Below, in pieces: positions 51,464 through 64,000 of a stretch of 64,000 nucleotides of DNA. The position numbers were made by a program, and so were the translations under genes. Origin of the DNA: Eledone cirrhosa (Eukaryota); NCBI GenBank assembly GCA_964016885.1, contig OZ024740.1, positions 54,622,001-54,686,000 of the forward strand, given 5' to 3'. The first letter of the stretch is position 1. Every line of letters starts with the position of its first letter. Below the pieces are notes generated by a model, which was not told the DNA's origin, ran no database searches, and saw only the letters and a list, made by a program, of their open reading frames with translations.

Positions 51464-52330
51464 CGTATGGATTTACCGAACCTTTATTATAATGCTCGGT
51501 GTTTTCGTAAACAAACATCCAGAATTAAGCCGTACAGTGTTTAGCAACCATCGTTGCCCTTTTGTTCAACACTGACACAGGAACGATGTACTATTTTCAA
51601 GCTTATTAGCTATCCTCAGCACCGTATACCTTGCTGCCAGATGATTGAACGTCTGAAAGTATATACTTTCCTTATGTATATTAACGTCTGAGCAGCCTAA
51701 TTTGCATATTGAGTGAGTTAATCGGTTGGGCGCACCGAAAACGACAAACGGAAAATGTGTGCATGTATGTATATATATATATACATACTACTGTACATCT
51801 GTTTAAATATATGTATGTACGTATATATACTTATATTTAAGTAACAGCCGTACTAAGAGTGAGAAATGAAATTTCGTTTCATTTTTTTCCGTTTATAGTT
51901 TTCGGTGCGCCCGGCCGACTAACTCACTCGATATGCAAATTAGGCTGCTGAGCCGTTAATCTGCATAAGGAAAGTATATTCTTTCAGACGTTCAATCATC
52001 TGGCAGGAAGGTATACGGTACTGACGATAGCTAATATGCTTGAAACTAGTATATCGTTCCTTTGTCAGTGTTGAAGAAAATGGCAACGATGGTTGCCGAA
52101 CACTGTACGGCTTAACTCGGGAAGTTTGTTTGTTCACAAACACACTGAGCATTATAATAAATGTTCGGTAAATCCATGCGTACATATATATATATGTGTG
52201 TGCATGTATGTATACATATACATACATACTGTTCATCTGTATACACATATGTATGTACGTATACATTCTGATATTTAAGTATCAGCCGTACTAAGAGTGG
52301 GAAATGAAATTTCTTGTTATTCTTTTCCAT

Positions 52331-52362
<32 letters not shown>

Positions 52363-55300
52363 GGGGAGAGAGACTGGGAGAGTTATGTGGAGAAGGGGAC
52401 TATACATCACTTTAACTGTGGAGATTTGTATACTTGACACATTCAAAAACAGTATTTATCGTTTAGCGTTTTGATCCTCTGCGAACACATGTCAGCATGG
52501 AAGAAAGATCAAATTGCGTTGTCATTAAATGTTAATCCGCTGGTTGTTTTATGAAACAAGGGAAAAAGATGTAGGTTATTGAGAAATCGAGTAAGTTGCT
52601 GCCGTTGTCTTCTATTGGAGGGTTTACTCTGCGACGGGGATTGTTTCCGGTTTTTGAAGGATGTACTTTATAACTAAACGAGATGCAGATGATTAAATGA
52701 CTGCCTTGCACAGTTTATAATCTCATCAAACGTATTCACTGTAAAGCAACTTTCGACAAATTATGAAACAAGAAAATAATTTATGTTGAAAATGACAACC
52801 AGAAATACAATTAAATGAAAGATTCAAATAGCGAATGGAAGCAAATGTGTTTTCATTTGCGTCTATATCATTTATTAAGATCATGAAAATGTGTGAAAAT
52901 ATAGGGTTACTTGCGAGATGAATACATACGTTCAAATCTACACAAAATAAAGTTTTATTTTTTACATATTTCTTCAATTTTCTTGACTGAAAAGAATACA
53001 CACAAGATAACCCTGAATTGTTACACTTGATATACTCCGAATATCTACTTCGTATAGATTATATGTTATGACCTCTCAGTTTTGCATTACCTGTAATTTA
53101 AGTTTCCTTAAAATTAATGTGACATGTTTTGATCAGTTAAGCAGTAGAGGGCATTTTCCATCGATTTCATCATCTATATATTAAAATATGGTTATTTAGT
53201 TACTAATATTATTCGGATTTGATGGTTTGTGTATAGGCAAAATAAGAAGAACGTCTGGCATTGATTCATGCATCCCTTCAACCGAGGCCAGAGTTAACAT
53301 TCTTTCTGAGGCCTATGAAATCAAATACCAGTTATGCAACATATAATTAATTGATTATTCACTTTACAATGATTTTTTGACATCGCATCCATGCTAGAAA
53401 CCAAAGTAATTTAGTTGTCTTTGAATTCAGCGAGATGGGTTGGCAGAAGTGTTACAAAATAGGACAAAATAACGTGGTGTATTTCGGTGAAAGGATACGG
53501 ATTTAAACTCAGAAAGCACAGTGCTAAAGTGTTCAATGTACATTCTAACAATTTCTTCAATGCATCACGTGTTACTGGTAATTTATTTATCAACAACGAA
53601 GGTGTGAATGGCGATGTTGACCTCGAGGAGACTTAAACTCAGAACAGAGGAAGCCGGAAAAAATTACTTTAAGACATTTAATCTGATATCCTAAAGACTC
53701 TCCCAATTCGTCGTATTAGTTGAATCTAGTATGATGGCTTTATAAGAGAAAATAATGAATAACATTTTTATCAACAATTTGCTTTGAAATTTGAAATATA
53801 AATAAAAGAATATATTATCGGTAAAGAAAAAGTATTTAATTTTCAAATACTAAACCATTTATGGTCCAAATGTAATATTTGGTTTGACTATCTCCGATAT
53901 ACTATACTTATTTGAATTTTGTAAATACCCCTCCTCATCTTATGTTGTATAGTTTATTCGAAATCTGTTTTGATAAAATCATTAATAATTTTATACCTTC
54001 ACTCAGTATCACCGCTGCTGATGCCAAGTTACAGAAGTGAATCCTTAAGCAGATATACTATATGTTGATGTATATTTGAACGTTATTGTTTTTCTCCTGG
54101 CTCTTCTGATATTCAATCAGTCATAGTGACAGACAGTTATACATATTGTAAGTCGGTCATCCAGACAGACAGACACAGAGAGAGGATCCAATCGAGGCAA
54201 GCAGGCAGATAAGCAACTCCATTTGTCGATAATAGTAGTAGTAGCAACAGCGGTAAGAAAAGTAACCAAAAAATACAGCAACATCTAAGACAGCAGGGGA
54301 TGTAAGGGGGAGATAGGTGGACAGGGGAGTGATTAGGATAGGGTGTGAGGGTTGACAAGTCCCTATTGTAATGAAAAGGACAGCAGCTGCTTCTACAGTA
54401 GTAGTAGTAGTAGTTGTAGTAGTAGTAGTAGCAGAGCAGTAGTAGTAATTCACCGGTCTCGTTGTCGATATGATGAAGCTTATAAGAAAAAAACTGTAAA
54501 GAAGGCTCGAGTTTCCGGTGGTGCCGGTGACAGTCACTAGGAAGATAGGAATGAAAGTATGAGAGAAAGAAAACAGAAAAGAAGAATAACGAAAGATAGA
54601 AATACACAGAGACATCGGAACAAAATGAGAAAACAACCTTTTAACATATATTACAAGGAAACAGCAAACATCACTCTTTTGAAGCTTTTTTTTTTTTTCC
54701 ACTCTTTTGCTGATTTATTATGTTTTTATCAGTTTTGCATCCAAGTTTCAGAATCATATTCTTATGTCATAACAAATGTGCAATAGCTTAGCCATTTTGG
54801 AAGCACCTGCCGTATATAAACAAGGCCTTTAGAGGATACTAGAGAACGTGATGTCGTTTCGGTGCAGCTGATTAGAGTATCTTTTTGCCTTGTATATTTA
54901 TTCATTATTTGCTCCCCTAGCCAAGTGATTTCTTCCGTTTTGCCAAGTCAGCTTTTCCGGTCTGACAAGTGAATGGGGTAGAAAACGATGCTTTTCTGAC
55001 ATTTAGCAAGACGGATGGGCTTCACCGGAAGCAAGATCCCCACTGAAGAAACTTGGCCAAATAACTTAGTAGCTTCAGCAGCTTTGAAATACTGAAGGAG
55101 AAAGCAGAGAATAAACTTTATACATTTTCATGTCTCACTTAACCCTAGAACTGCTTCGGCTAATTCATTATATTGAAATAAATGTACAAGCTATCGGAAC
55201 ACTTTTTTTTTCTGTAGAATTATTTATGACTTCTCGTTGTTACAATTAAAATGTATTAAACACACAAGTATTCTAGGGTTCAAAGAGGAATCATTTTACA

Positions 55301-55801
55301 ATAGGTTACATTGTAAACTAGACGGAAATCTAAAGAAATACATGCGGCTTTTCAATGAAGATTAGTTTCAGTTACAATTCTTTGACCTTTTTATTATTTT
55401 CCACTCAATAGATTAGATGTTAATAGAAATGAGACTTAAGAATTATAACATTACGGTTTAAGAGTTGTCAGCGTATTTAGAATTTATTATGCCGTTAAAG
55501 ATTTAATTTCAAAACCACAATTCTAAGGACTTGACGCAAATGTAGATGCATAGCCCCGACTGCAATAAAAGGGTAACTGATATAAACAATAATTTAAATT
55601 TCTTAATAAATATCTGTTACACATATTTAGATTCAGTTCTAAACAAGTTTTTTTTAATGTTTTGGGAAACATTTTCCATCAGGTTTTCGAAAACAATGTT
55701 TCTATAAAGTCATTTTCAGTGTAAATAAGGTATCCCCGTGATTTTCTGATATATATATTATTTCAGCATTTTACATATAAATATATATATATATATATAT
55801 A

Positions 55802-55848
55802 AGTCTGGAATTGGCTGTCGAAACGATAAGAGATCAGTCGTCGGGCCC
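55802..55848 (+). mobile_element. Half-hammerhead fragment related to the right arm of the 25059-25186 palindrome
   Basis: AGTCTGGAATTGGCTGTC-GAAA-CGA..TCG-TC-GGG versus AGTCCAGAATTAGCCGTC-GAAA-CGG..CCG-TC-GGG. Follows (TA)n. Confidence 0.6.
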
Positions 55849-58800
55849 TTCGTCTTTCATAAAATATATGTGTGTGTGCGTGTCTGTGTTGTTTGTTTGT
55901 TTGTATGTGTCTATATTTATTTATACACCAATCTACCCAGGTTTCCAATGCATTCGGTGCATATAAACTATGAGGGATCCTTTATGTGGTCTTGAATTAG
56001 TCAGTAATATTTTGAAAAATAGGGTTCTACACACACAAACTGTGTGAGGAAGGCTGGAAAATCTTTGTTCATAGATCTGCTCAATCAAAGTTATTCTGTC
56101 TCTAATTAGCAATATCAGCTATTACCCTTAACTGCCACACTGAATTGCAACATCACCGCACTACCTCAGCCGAGATTATATGAAATATAATTTTCTGCAG
56201 AAACCTAACGTATCTACATTTCAACATATTGACAGACATTACTTCAGATTGATAATATACTAGTGTGTGTGTGGGGGGGGGGGGGCGTTTGACATTTATG
56301 TTTCAACTATACAAGTGAAATAATATGGCTTCATAACAACGCTCGAAATCATGTTAAAGACATTGTTTGTAGTAATTTTATCTCTTACACTAGAATGTCA
56401 GTCACAAGTGATCCATATATTTCTGTTCTTTTTTTTTTGTATTTATAAGTCTTGGGAATATAGATTGTAGTTTGATACGTTTTGAACTAGATATAGTAAT
56501 GCATTCACTTAACTTTAGTGAATCAGTGCTGATTTCGTAAAGACAATAATTACAATGAGATGTTGACAGGACCAAACATTTCTCTAGGCTAGAGCTTTCA
56601 AATGATAACTGTTGCAACGTTATCAAACCCAGTCCACATTTAAACCTCTCCAGGAACGCTAAATTACAATGACATATAAGACATAATATAACCTGAGCAC
56701 GTGTTCTATAGCAGACAGGTCTTACGTTTAAACCGTTTGACTATCCCATACTGCGAACAATTTATTTTTTTTATTTCTTCATTTTCTTTGAACTATCTTG
56801 AGGTTATAAGAATCTCAGATATATCCAGTCACGTTTTCCAATATTTTTGGCAATTCTACTTATGTAAAACTCACCCTTTCCTGCTAACCTTGGCACTGCT
56901 TCATACTAACCATCCATTTGTTTCATATTCTTCTCAATTTCTAATACAGAATAAATATATGTGAATCTTTACAATGTAAGCAATCAATAAATTCCTTTTT
57001 AAAAATATAATATACATTGACAGCTTCTTATCCGTGGTAGGTTCGACAAGAACCGCTCAGAAGCACGAAATTAAGTTTAGGGATTTTCAACGTTTGTTCC
57101 TGGGCTGAGCAATTGATATTATATAACTACAGTTCTTATTTTACTTAATCGGGCAAGCTGGATAGTTATACCAAGCCGACGTTAATGAACTAGACATTAA
57201 AATTCGATTATGTCAATCTTTTGGTAGAAAATGAAAACAATATTTAAAATATCCATACATGTTTGAATAATAATACACTACTGAATTTTCTTGTTTTACA
57301 CGATACAATAGTCATGTATTTGCTGTTGGAGAGATAAATGTTATATTAATGCTTTTCCAAAGAACATTAACTGTGTAATTCGAGGTGAAAAGGCAATAGT
57401 CGTGGACTAAAAGTGCAAGAAATACGCAGCTGCCTGGCATTCGTTAAACAATAACGAACGATTATATATACATGTGATAAATTCACAAATTAAGGCACAT
57501 AGTGTCGAGTGTTTATATTAGTTTCAATTTTGTATTAGAATCCTTCCGCTTCACGCAATCAATTAAGTCGAAATACACGGAAATTGTAACATTCAATAGC
57601 AGTTCCCATAAAATTAATAAATGCCACGCATTTACAAAACCGATTTGAAAAAATATTCTTCATTTCTTTAAATTCCATCCATAAAAGTAAGAAAAGCTTG
57701 GGCAACATTTCATATTCAACTATTTACGTTGCCACAGACGAATCATTAAATTGATTTGGAGAATATATTTACCTATGCGGTGCTATACAAACCAGTCATC
57801 TCAACATTTAAATAATACCGAGTGTGATAGAACTCAAGAGTTGTAGTTATTCCAAATATAATGATAGGTAAAAACGTAAATGTAACACATAAAATTTGAT
57901 ATGTTCATGGATTCTACCTAATTTGAATATTTGAACAAGCAGTTAAATTTATCAATAATAATGTTTCATGCTGTTCAGTGGACTAATTGTGTGAGTGGGG
58001 AGGGGGAGTGTTTTAAGACTGTGATTTAGAAAGAATATTTATGAAACTGAAACGTTTAACGCAAAAAAATTATTCCATGTTTCAATGCTTCTCAAAATGT
58101 TCTAACTGAAAAAAATACCTATTTCATTTTCCCTTCAAGCGATGTTCCAAACGAAATCAACTACAGAAAGAATATGTCTGTATTGTTCAAATCAATACGA
58201 CGAATAATACCAGGAGATATATGCTGCTATTCCATAACATAAGCAAAGGAAACATTAAATTGGCTACCATAAAATGTTCATACTTCTCATTGTTATAATT
58301 TGACGAAATATTATAACCTCAATGTATCACAAAATCTTACATGTATGCACTCTACGGCAGAACCCATTTTCGAAATTGAGATTCAGCAGCTTAGATAGTG
58401 CAAGTCACTATATCATACAAGTGTTCAGGAGAATGGTAGACTAAATTATAGGTATAAACTTTAGTTACGCTATAAATTGAAGCCCAAGCGACACGACTAT
58501 ATCTTTTTAACCAGACACTCGTAATTAACTGTTATGAGCTGAGCTCTATATAATCAACAATCGCCTTCTCCTAAAATATATGAACTTACATCAATCTAAG
58601 AAATAGATATCCGATATCATCCTACGATTTTCAATATAATAGTCATAAGTGACTTGTCTGTGTTATGATTAAGTACAACTTTTTGATTTATAAAAAAAAA
58701 AGGACGTTAAGGTGAAAATATTTCATCATAAAAACTTGTGGAGAAGTTCAATTATTTTTAAGTGTAGCTTAATTTAGTAGATTGTTTGTCTATGACGTTC

Positions 58801-58883
58801 CCTCCAAGGATTAGAAAAGTTTTAAATAACATGTTTTCATTAAACACTGACATATCGGATGATGTTATATAATTTATATATAA

Positions 58884-59796
58884 CTAGCAGTGGTACCCGG
58901 CGTTGCACGGGATAAGGTATTTTGGAAGGCGGGCCGCCAACAGACCTAATCGTGGAAAAACTGGTCAATATGTAAAGAGAATAAACCGAATACTCTGATG
59001 GCTTGATAATCTTTAAGATTTTCCTCGATGAAGCAGGAAAAATGAAGGTTTTCACCTAGGGGATCAAGAAAATTAATTTTTTTTAATGTGCATAATATTC
59101 CTTGAAATTTCAGGAAAATCGGCTAGACGTAACGCCTCCAAAAAGCCCTCAAAAGCTGAAAAAATGAAGTTTTTTCACCTAATGCGGGCCCTAGGCCATA
59201 AAAAAGTTGGATTTTCTTTGCTCACGGTATGAAGAAGAGACTGATTAATACATAGTTACAATTTCAAGGAAATCGGTCTGACGTAACGCCTCAAAACAAC
59301 CTAAAAAAGCTTTAAAAACGGAGTTTTTCACCTAATATGGGCCCTCGGAGAGCAAAAAGTTGAATTTTTTAATGTGCATAACACTCCCTGAAACATAAGT
59401 AATACACATGTAAAGTTTGAAAAGAATCGGTTGGGTACTTCTCGAATTTTAGGGATTCAAACTCACAGACACACACGCACACACACAGACAGACATCCTC
59501 AAGGAAGTGACGTAATGCAGACAGCCAGACGTACATATAGATATTATAAGGGTGCGACGTTATATGTATGTATTTATCTAAAAAGAGAAAGACTAAGAAT
59601 TATAGAGAGAGATCGCTAAATCGCCTAATGTGGTCCTTAGGGCATGGAAAATTTGAAATTGTTTTTGCTCAGAACACTCCTTGAAACATAAGTATTACAT
59701 ATGTAAAGTTTGAAATCAGTCGGTTGGGTGGTTCTCGAGTTTTAGCGATTCAAACTCACACACACAGACAGACATCCTCAGTTTAATATATATAGA
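58884..59796 (-). mobile_element. Non-autonomous Helitron with internal subrepeats
   Basis: Minus strand begins TCTATATAT..GTCTGTCTGTGTG and ends with hairpin CCCGTGCAACGCCGGG then CTAG, inserted between A and T. Internal repeats TTTTCACCTA..AATCGG and a duplicated 5' segment. Confidence 0.82.
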
Positions 59797-60394
59797 TGAG
59801 GATTTCTAAAGCCGAACCAATGCAAATATAATACTGGACATTTAAAAGAAAATGATTAATGCCAAAGGATATTGAAATGGTTTTGCACTTAAGGTGATGT
59901 CAAATTCATTAATATACCTGAAACCAATACTGTCTCGGTATGTTTAGAATTCATATCTTTAGATGCAATTCTTTTGTAGTTCAAAGGGTTTGTAATAATA
60001 TTTCGTATTTCAAATGACTATGAACATAAGAGCAACTCTTAAAAGTAGTGGGACGCAATCAATATCTTTCACTTAAGTATATCATCGATATTTGAATGTC
60101 CGTTTGTTCAAAGAAATATATTAATTACCACGATAAAGTGGAAGAAACAATTAGGCCTAAAGTGATTCTTGATCTAGAGAGGGTGCTAAAAATTATAATT
60201 CATACAAATTTTATGTTGATATATACATCAAGTAGTAAGTATCAATTATCAATATTATGAAGTTCAATAGCAAATTACCCAATAAACTTATTTTATAGAT
60301 ATTGTGTACAGGTTAGAAAAACAGAACGATGATAATATCATGAAATTTATACATCCACCTAAGGAAAGTTTTGAGAAATGTCCACATATATATA

Positions 60395-61008
60395 CGAGTT
60401 GAGTCAGTAAAGCAAGAAGACTTAGTGTGCTGTGTGAGCAATGAGTGGGGAAGAGATTACCGGTTGTGTCTCCGTGTAACGCAATATGCGGGGAGTATAT
60501 AATTGCGATCTCAGCTCTCTGCAATCATTGTATATTTTGTCGCGTGTTTTCATTTCCGGCTCCTCAGTTTTAGGCCGTTGAGCGATGGGCACGGATAAAC
60601 AACCTAGCCTGACGTTTCTGGTGTGGCTGAGGAAAGCTCCATCAGAAGAACTCGGAAGGCTGCAGCAATTGTACGGAGATGAGACGATGTCGCGCTCACG
60701 GCTTTTCGAGTGGCACAAAAACGTTGAAGATGATTCCAGGAGCAAAACTGAGGCCAATGTTGAGCGCGTGAGGCATGTGGCGCGTGACGATCGTCGCCTG
60801 CCTGTTGTTACTGATCGCAAATGAAATGGACAAAAACCACGACATCATTTGGAGGATTATCACCGAAGATTCGGGCGTGCAGAAGATCTGCCTGAAGATG
60901 GTGCCGAAGCTGTTTAACCATGGCCAGAAATAATGGCACGTTCCGGTATGTCAAGTCATCCTTGAGGGTCCTGAACACGAACCAGACTTGCTGGGGAGTG
61001 TCATCACA
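60395..61008 (+). mobile_element. mariner-family DNA transposon relic (5' part, transposase pseudogene 60585-61008)
   Basis: LQQLYGDETMSRSRLFEWHK..EDDSR..TEANVERVR..DRRL HTH region, then KICLKMVPKL (the WVPHEL position). TA-CGAG left end, truncated before the DDD domain. Confidence 0.85.
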
Positions 61009-61415
61009 TATATATTTGGTGAGCATGAAGGTCCGTACGCATGCCTAATGTTAATATATAGATGTACGTAATTTTGGAAAATAGTAGCTTAATTACCTCT
61101 CCTATTTTTATTTTTATTTTATTTTATCATATTATAAACAATATTACTACATATGACGTTTAATATAAAAGCTTGGTACATATGATTTCTTGTAAAAGGT
61201 TTCCTTTCTATCGTTTGTTGTCAACTTCACATTGAAAAAGTCTTTGAACCTAAGATTCATATGCGATTATATTCTGTCATTGCCATTTCTCATATTTACA
61301 TGCTTAACGCGTAATTGACTAACTACCGTCCACCTTATTCTGGTCAATATACACATGTATTTTCTCATATATTGTATATAAAGGCACTGTAATCATTTTT
61401 TTTATTTTTTAATCC

Positions 61416-61474
<59 letters not shown>

Positions 61475-61777
61475 ATGTACGGATGTATATAAGCGCAACA
61501 TTTGATATACTGTTTTTTTCGTTTGCTTTTACCTTTGCTTCTTCTTTTTCTTTGCTATGTATTCTTTATTGGTATGGTACGAGCCTTATCCGTTTTATGG
61601 AGTTATCTCATGTGTGTAATACAGTTGACACTTTAAACAATATCTGGACTCCTGGGGGGGTATAGAGCTATAAACAAACAGCTTGTATATATCGTCGTAT
61701 GGGCCACTGCTTTATATTGAAACATATGTATAATAAAGATTTTAAGTAGAGCTCGGGTTTTTGCTCTTGATATATAA

Positions 61778-61905
<128 letters not shown>

Positions 61906-61987
61906 CTGTATAAGTAAAAATTAGCGAGAATCGAATTTCAGCCAATGAAATATCGAAAAAACACTTTCGAATCTCACTATATATATA

Positions 61988-62042
61988 GGGCGGTGCCCCA
62001 GCATGGCCTCAGCCGGATGGCTGATACAGGTGAAAGAGTAAA
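61988..62042 (+). mobile_element. Extreme 3' tail of the CR1-group LINE
   Basis: GGGCGGTGCCCCAGCATGGCCTCAGCCGGATGGCTG..CAGGTGAAAGAGTAAA matches 44888-44945. Confidence 0.8.
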
Positions 62043-62049
62043 TATATAT

Positions 62050-63160
62050 ATTTATGCTTTTATTTTCATTCTGCCACTTTGCCGAATCATGATCATCTTT
62101 TATTCATTCTTGCTCATTAGCTGTCTAGTAATAATAAATTACCTGTATGATGATACTTCTCATAATTTCGAATAAGCTCTAAGACTAACTGCACTGCATT
62201 GAAGTATCATGGAAAGGTTATTAAGAGTGAAATATCACTAGACTTTTTTTTATATCTCATATACTGATAATTTAACGCAGTAAAGTAAGAACAAACCCCA
62301 AGTTTGTCTAATGCTATACTGCCAAACAAATATAACATCTTCTATTGTTGGAGATGATGATTTATACACGATCTGAGGAGATTTATTATACTTCCGTACG
62401 TAACGTATATGTCACTTATATATATATATATATATAAATATAAATATGTATACGTACATACATATATGTGTACATACGTACATACATTTATGTGTACGTC
62501 TGGATACATATATGTATGTACGTATATTTTGTTTGGCGGAAAAATATCACTTGTGTTTAAACAAAATGAAATTCTTTAAATCCTTACCACATTAGATTTT
62601 CTACTATATACAATAAATCGAAATAAACATTTAAAATGTTTCATGATTTTTAACAACGTGCACTCATACTGTGTTTGCTTATACGTGTTCAGTTAATTAT
62701 GTACACATTTTTCTCTTATTTCCACTAATGTTTCTGAATTATTTATCATATAATGACGTTTTAAATGCATGTGTTTACATCTAGCTAATCAACAAAAACC
62801 TTACAATATTCAGTGACATATACGTTTCGTACGGAAGTATAATAAATCTCCTCAGATCTCCAACAATAGAAGATGTTATATTTGTTTGGCAGTATAGAAT
62901 TAGACAAACTTGGGGTTTGTTCTTACTTTACTGCGTTAAATTATCAGTATGAGATATCAAAAAAAAGTCTAGTGATATTTCACTCTTAATAAGCTTTCCG
63001 TGATACTTCAATGCAGTGCAGTTAGTCTTAGAGCTTATTCGAAATTATGAGAAGTATCATCATACAGGTAATTTATTATTACTAGACAGCTAATGAGCAA
63101 GAATGAATAAAAGATGATCATGATTCGGCAAAGTGGCAGAATGAAAATAAAAGCATAAAT
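62050..63160. repeat. Long near-identical inverted repeat (arms 62050-62416 and 62812-63160)
   Basis: Arms pair almost perfectly apart from a 17-bp indel and a few substitutions. Spacer is ~395 bp. Confidence 0.93.
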
Positions 63161-64000
63161 TACAGAAAATAGGTTGTAAAAATGATGAAAATTATCGCAT
63201 TTAAAACTATTTTAAGCACTATATCTGTATCAGAAAGCGAAACATTTTAATACCAAGGGACAAATATCGCTGAAAGTTAATATCCACACTACTTAAGTAT
63301 CTAGCTCCAAACATCTGCTTTGAGAAATATACAAAACTTGACTCTACTTAATAATAGATATGACAGGAATTAAGATATTAAAAAGATGCTTCGCAAATTG
63401 TAGATAAATGTAAACACCATATATAGTTTTAGGAAATTACTGTCTCCAGTGGTATATTCTTTCGGGATATTTTAAATAAAATTGGCTGTAATGGTTTTCA
63501 GGTTTGTTCTTGTCTGCATGAAGTCATTTACTCTCAAATTGAGGCAATCCGTCATAGATATTAGAGCATGTTCTGAATTCGAATCACGTCGTGTTCAAAT
63601 TACCTATTATCATTCCGGGACCGATAAAATAATGTTCCACTCAGATGTAGAGAATTGGCGAATTGTTAGAGCATTATTGGAGATGCATGAGGTTATTTTT
63701 TCTATATATATCTTTGCATTCTAGTTTTAAATCCCTCAAGGGTTTACTTCGGTTGCCATCCAATTCATAGAGTAATAGCACTAACTGAAATTGTTTGCTT
63801 TTAGCGGAATACAAACTGTTGCAAACATCTGGGACATGTTTGCATTTTACAGATCAGCTAATCTTTCCCTCAACCTGTCTCAGACGCTCTGAGATGATTC
63901 ATTTGTATCGGCATTCCCTCCACGATTTAACGTTAAAAAATCGAGATAAACACTAATTTCTTTCGAGGGACAAATTTAATTTACCATAGTAAATGAAACG

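Larger units (their letters stand above)
48540..52330. repeat. Hammerhead-containing satellite/retrozyme-like array, ~435-bp units in alternating orientation
   Basis: Eight HHR motifs: + 48691-48731, - 49254-49294, - 49691-49731, - 50127-50168, + 50559-50599, - 51137-51177, - 51584-51624, + 52016-52056. Same-strand spacings are 437, 436 and 447 bp. Confidence 0.9.

Noticed and set aside
48540-52330. CRISPR-like reading of the repeat array
   Set aside because: Units are homologous over their full ~435 bp with no unique spacers or cas genes, and the context is eukaryotic.

Overview
AT-rich, microsatellite-dense animal genomic DNA, probably a cephalopod (inferred from the octopus-like tRNA-derived SINEs). 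I can support no intact host protein-coding gene. The window is a retroelement graveyard containing two CR1-group LINE copies, a near full-length Tx1/L1-type LINE inserted in (TAA)n, at least three Penelope-like element (PLE) families nested in (TA)n tracts, many SINEs, a non-autonomous Helitron, a mariner relic and several long inverted repeats. The most striking signal, read by eye, is about 26 complete or near-complete type I hammerhead ribozyme (HHR) motifs in at least 9 sequence families, several with compensatory base changes. Eight lie in a 3.8-kb non-coding array (48540-52330) of ~435-bp units in alternating orientation. Each unit has a minimal HHR with a palindromic stem III and an upstream ATGCAAAT octamer, making it a candidate retrozyme-like self-cleaving RNA system sitting beside the PLE RT/GIY-YIG elements that could mobilise it. 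All structures were paired manually, no folding or database search was run, and element boundaries are approximate.
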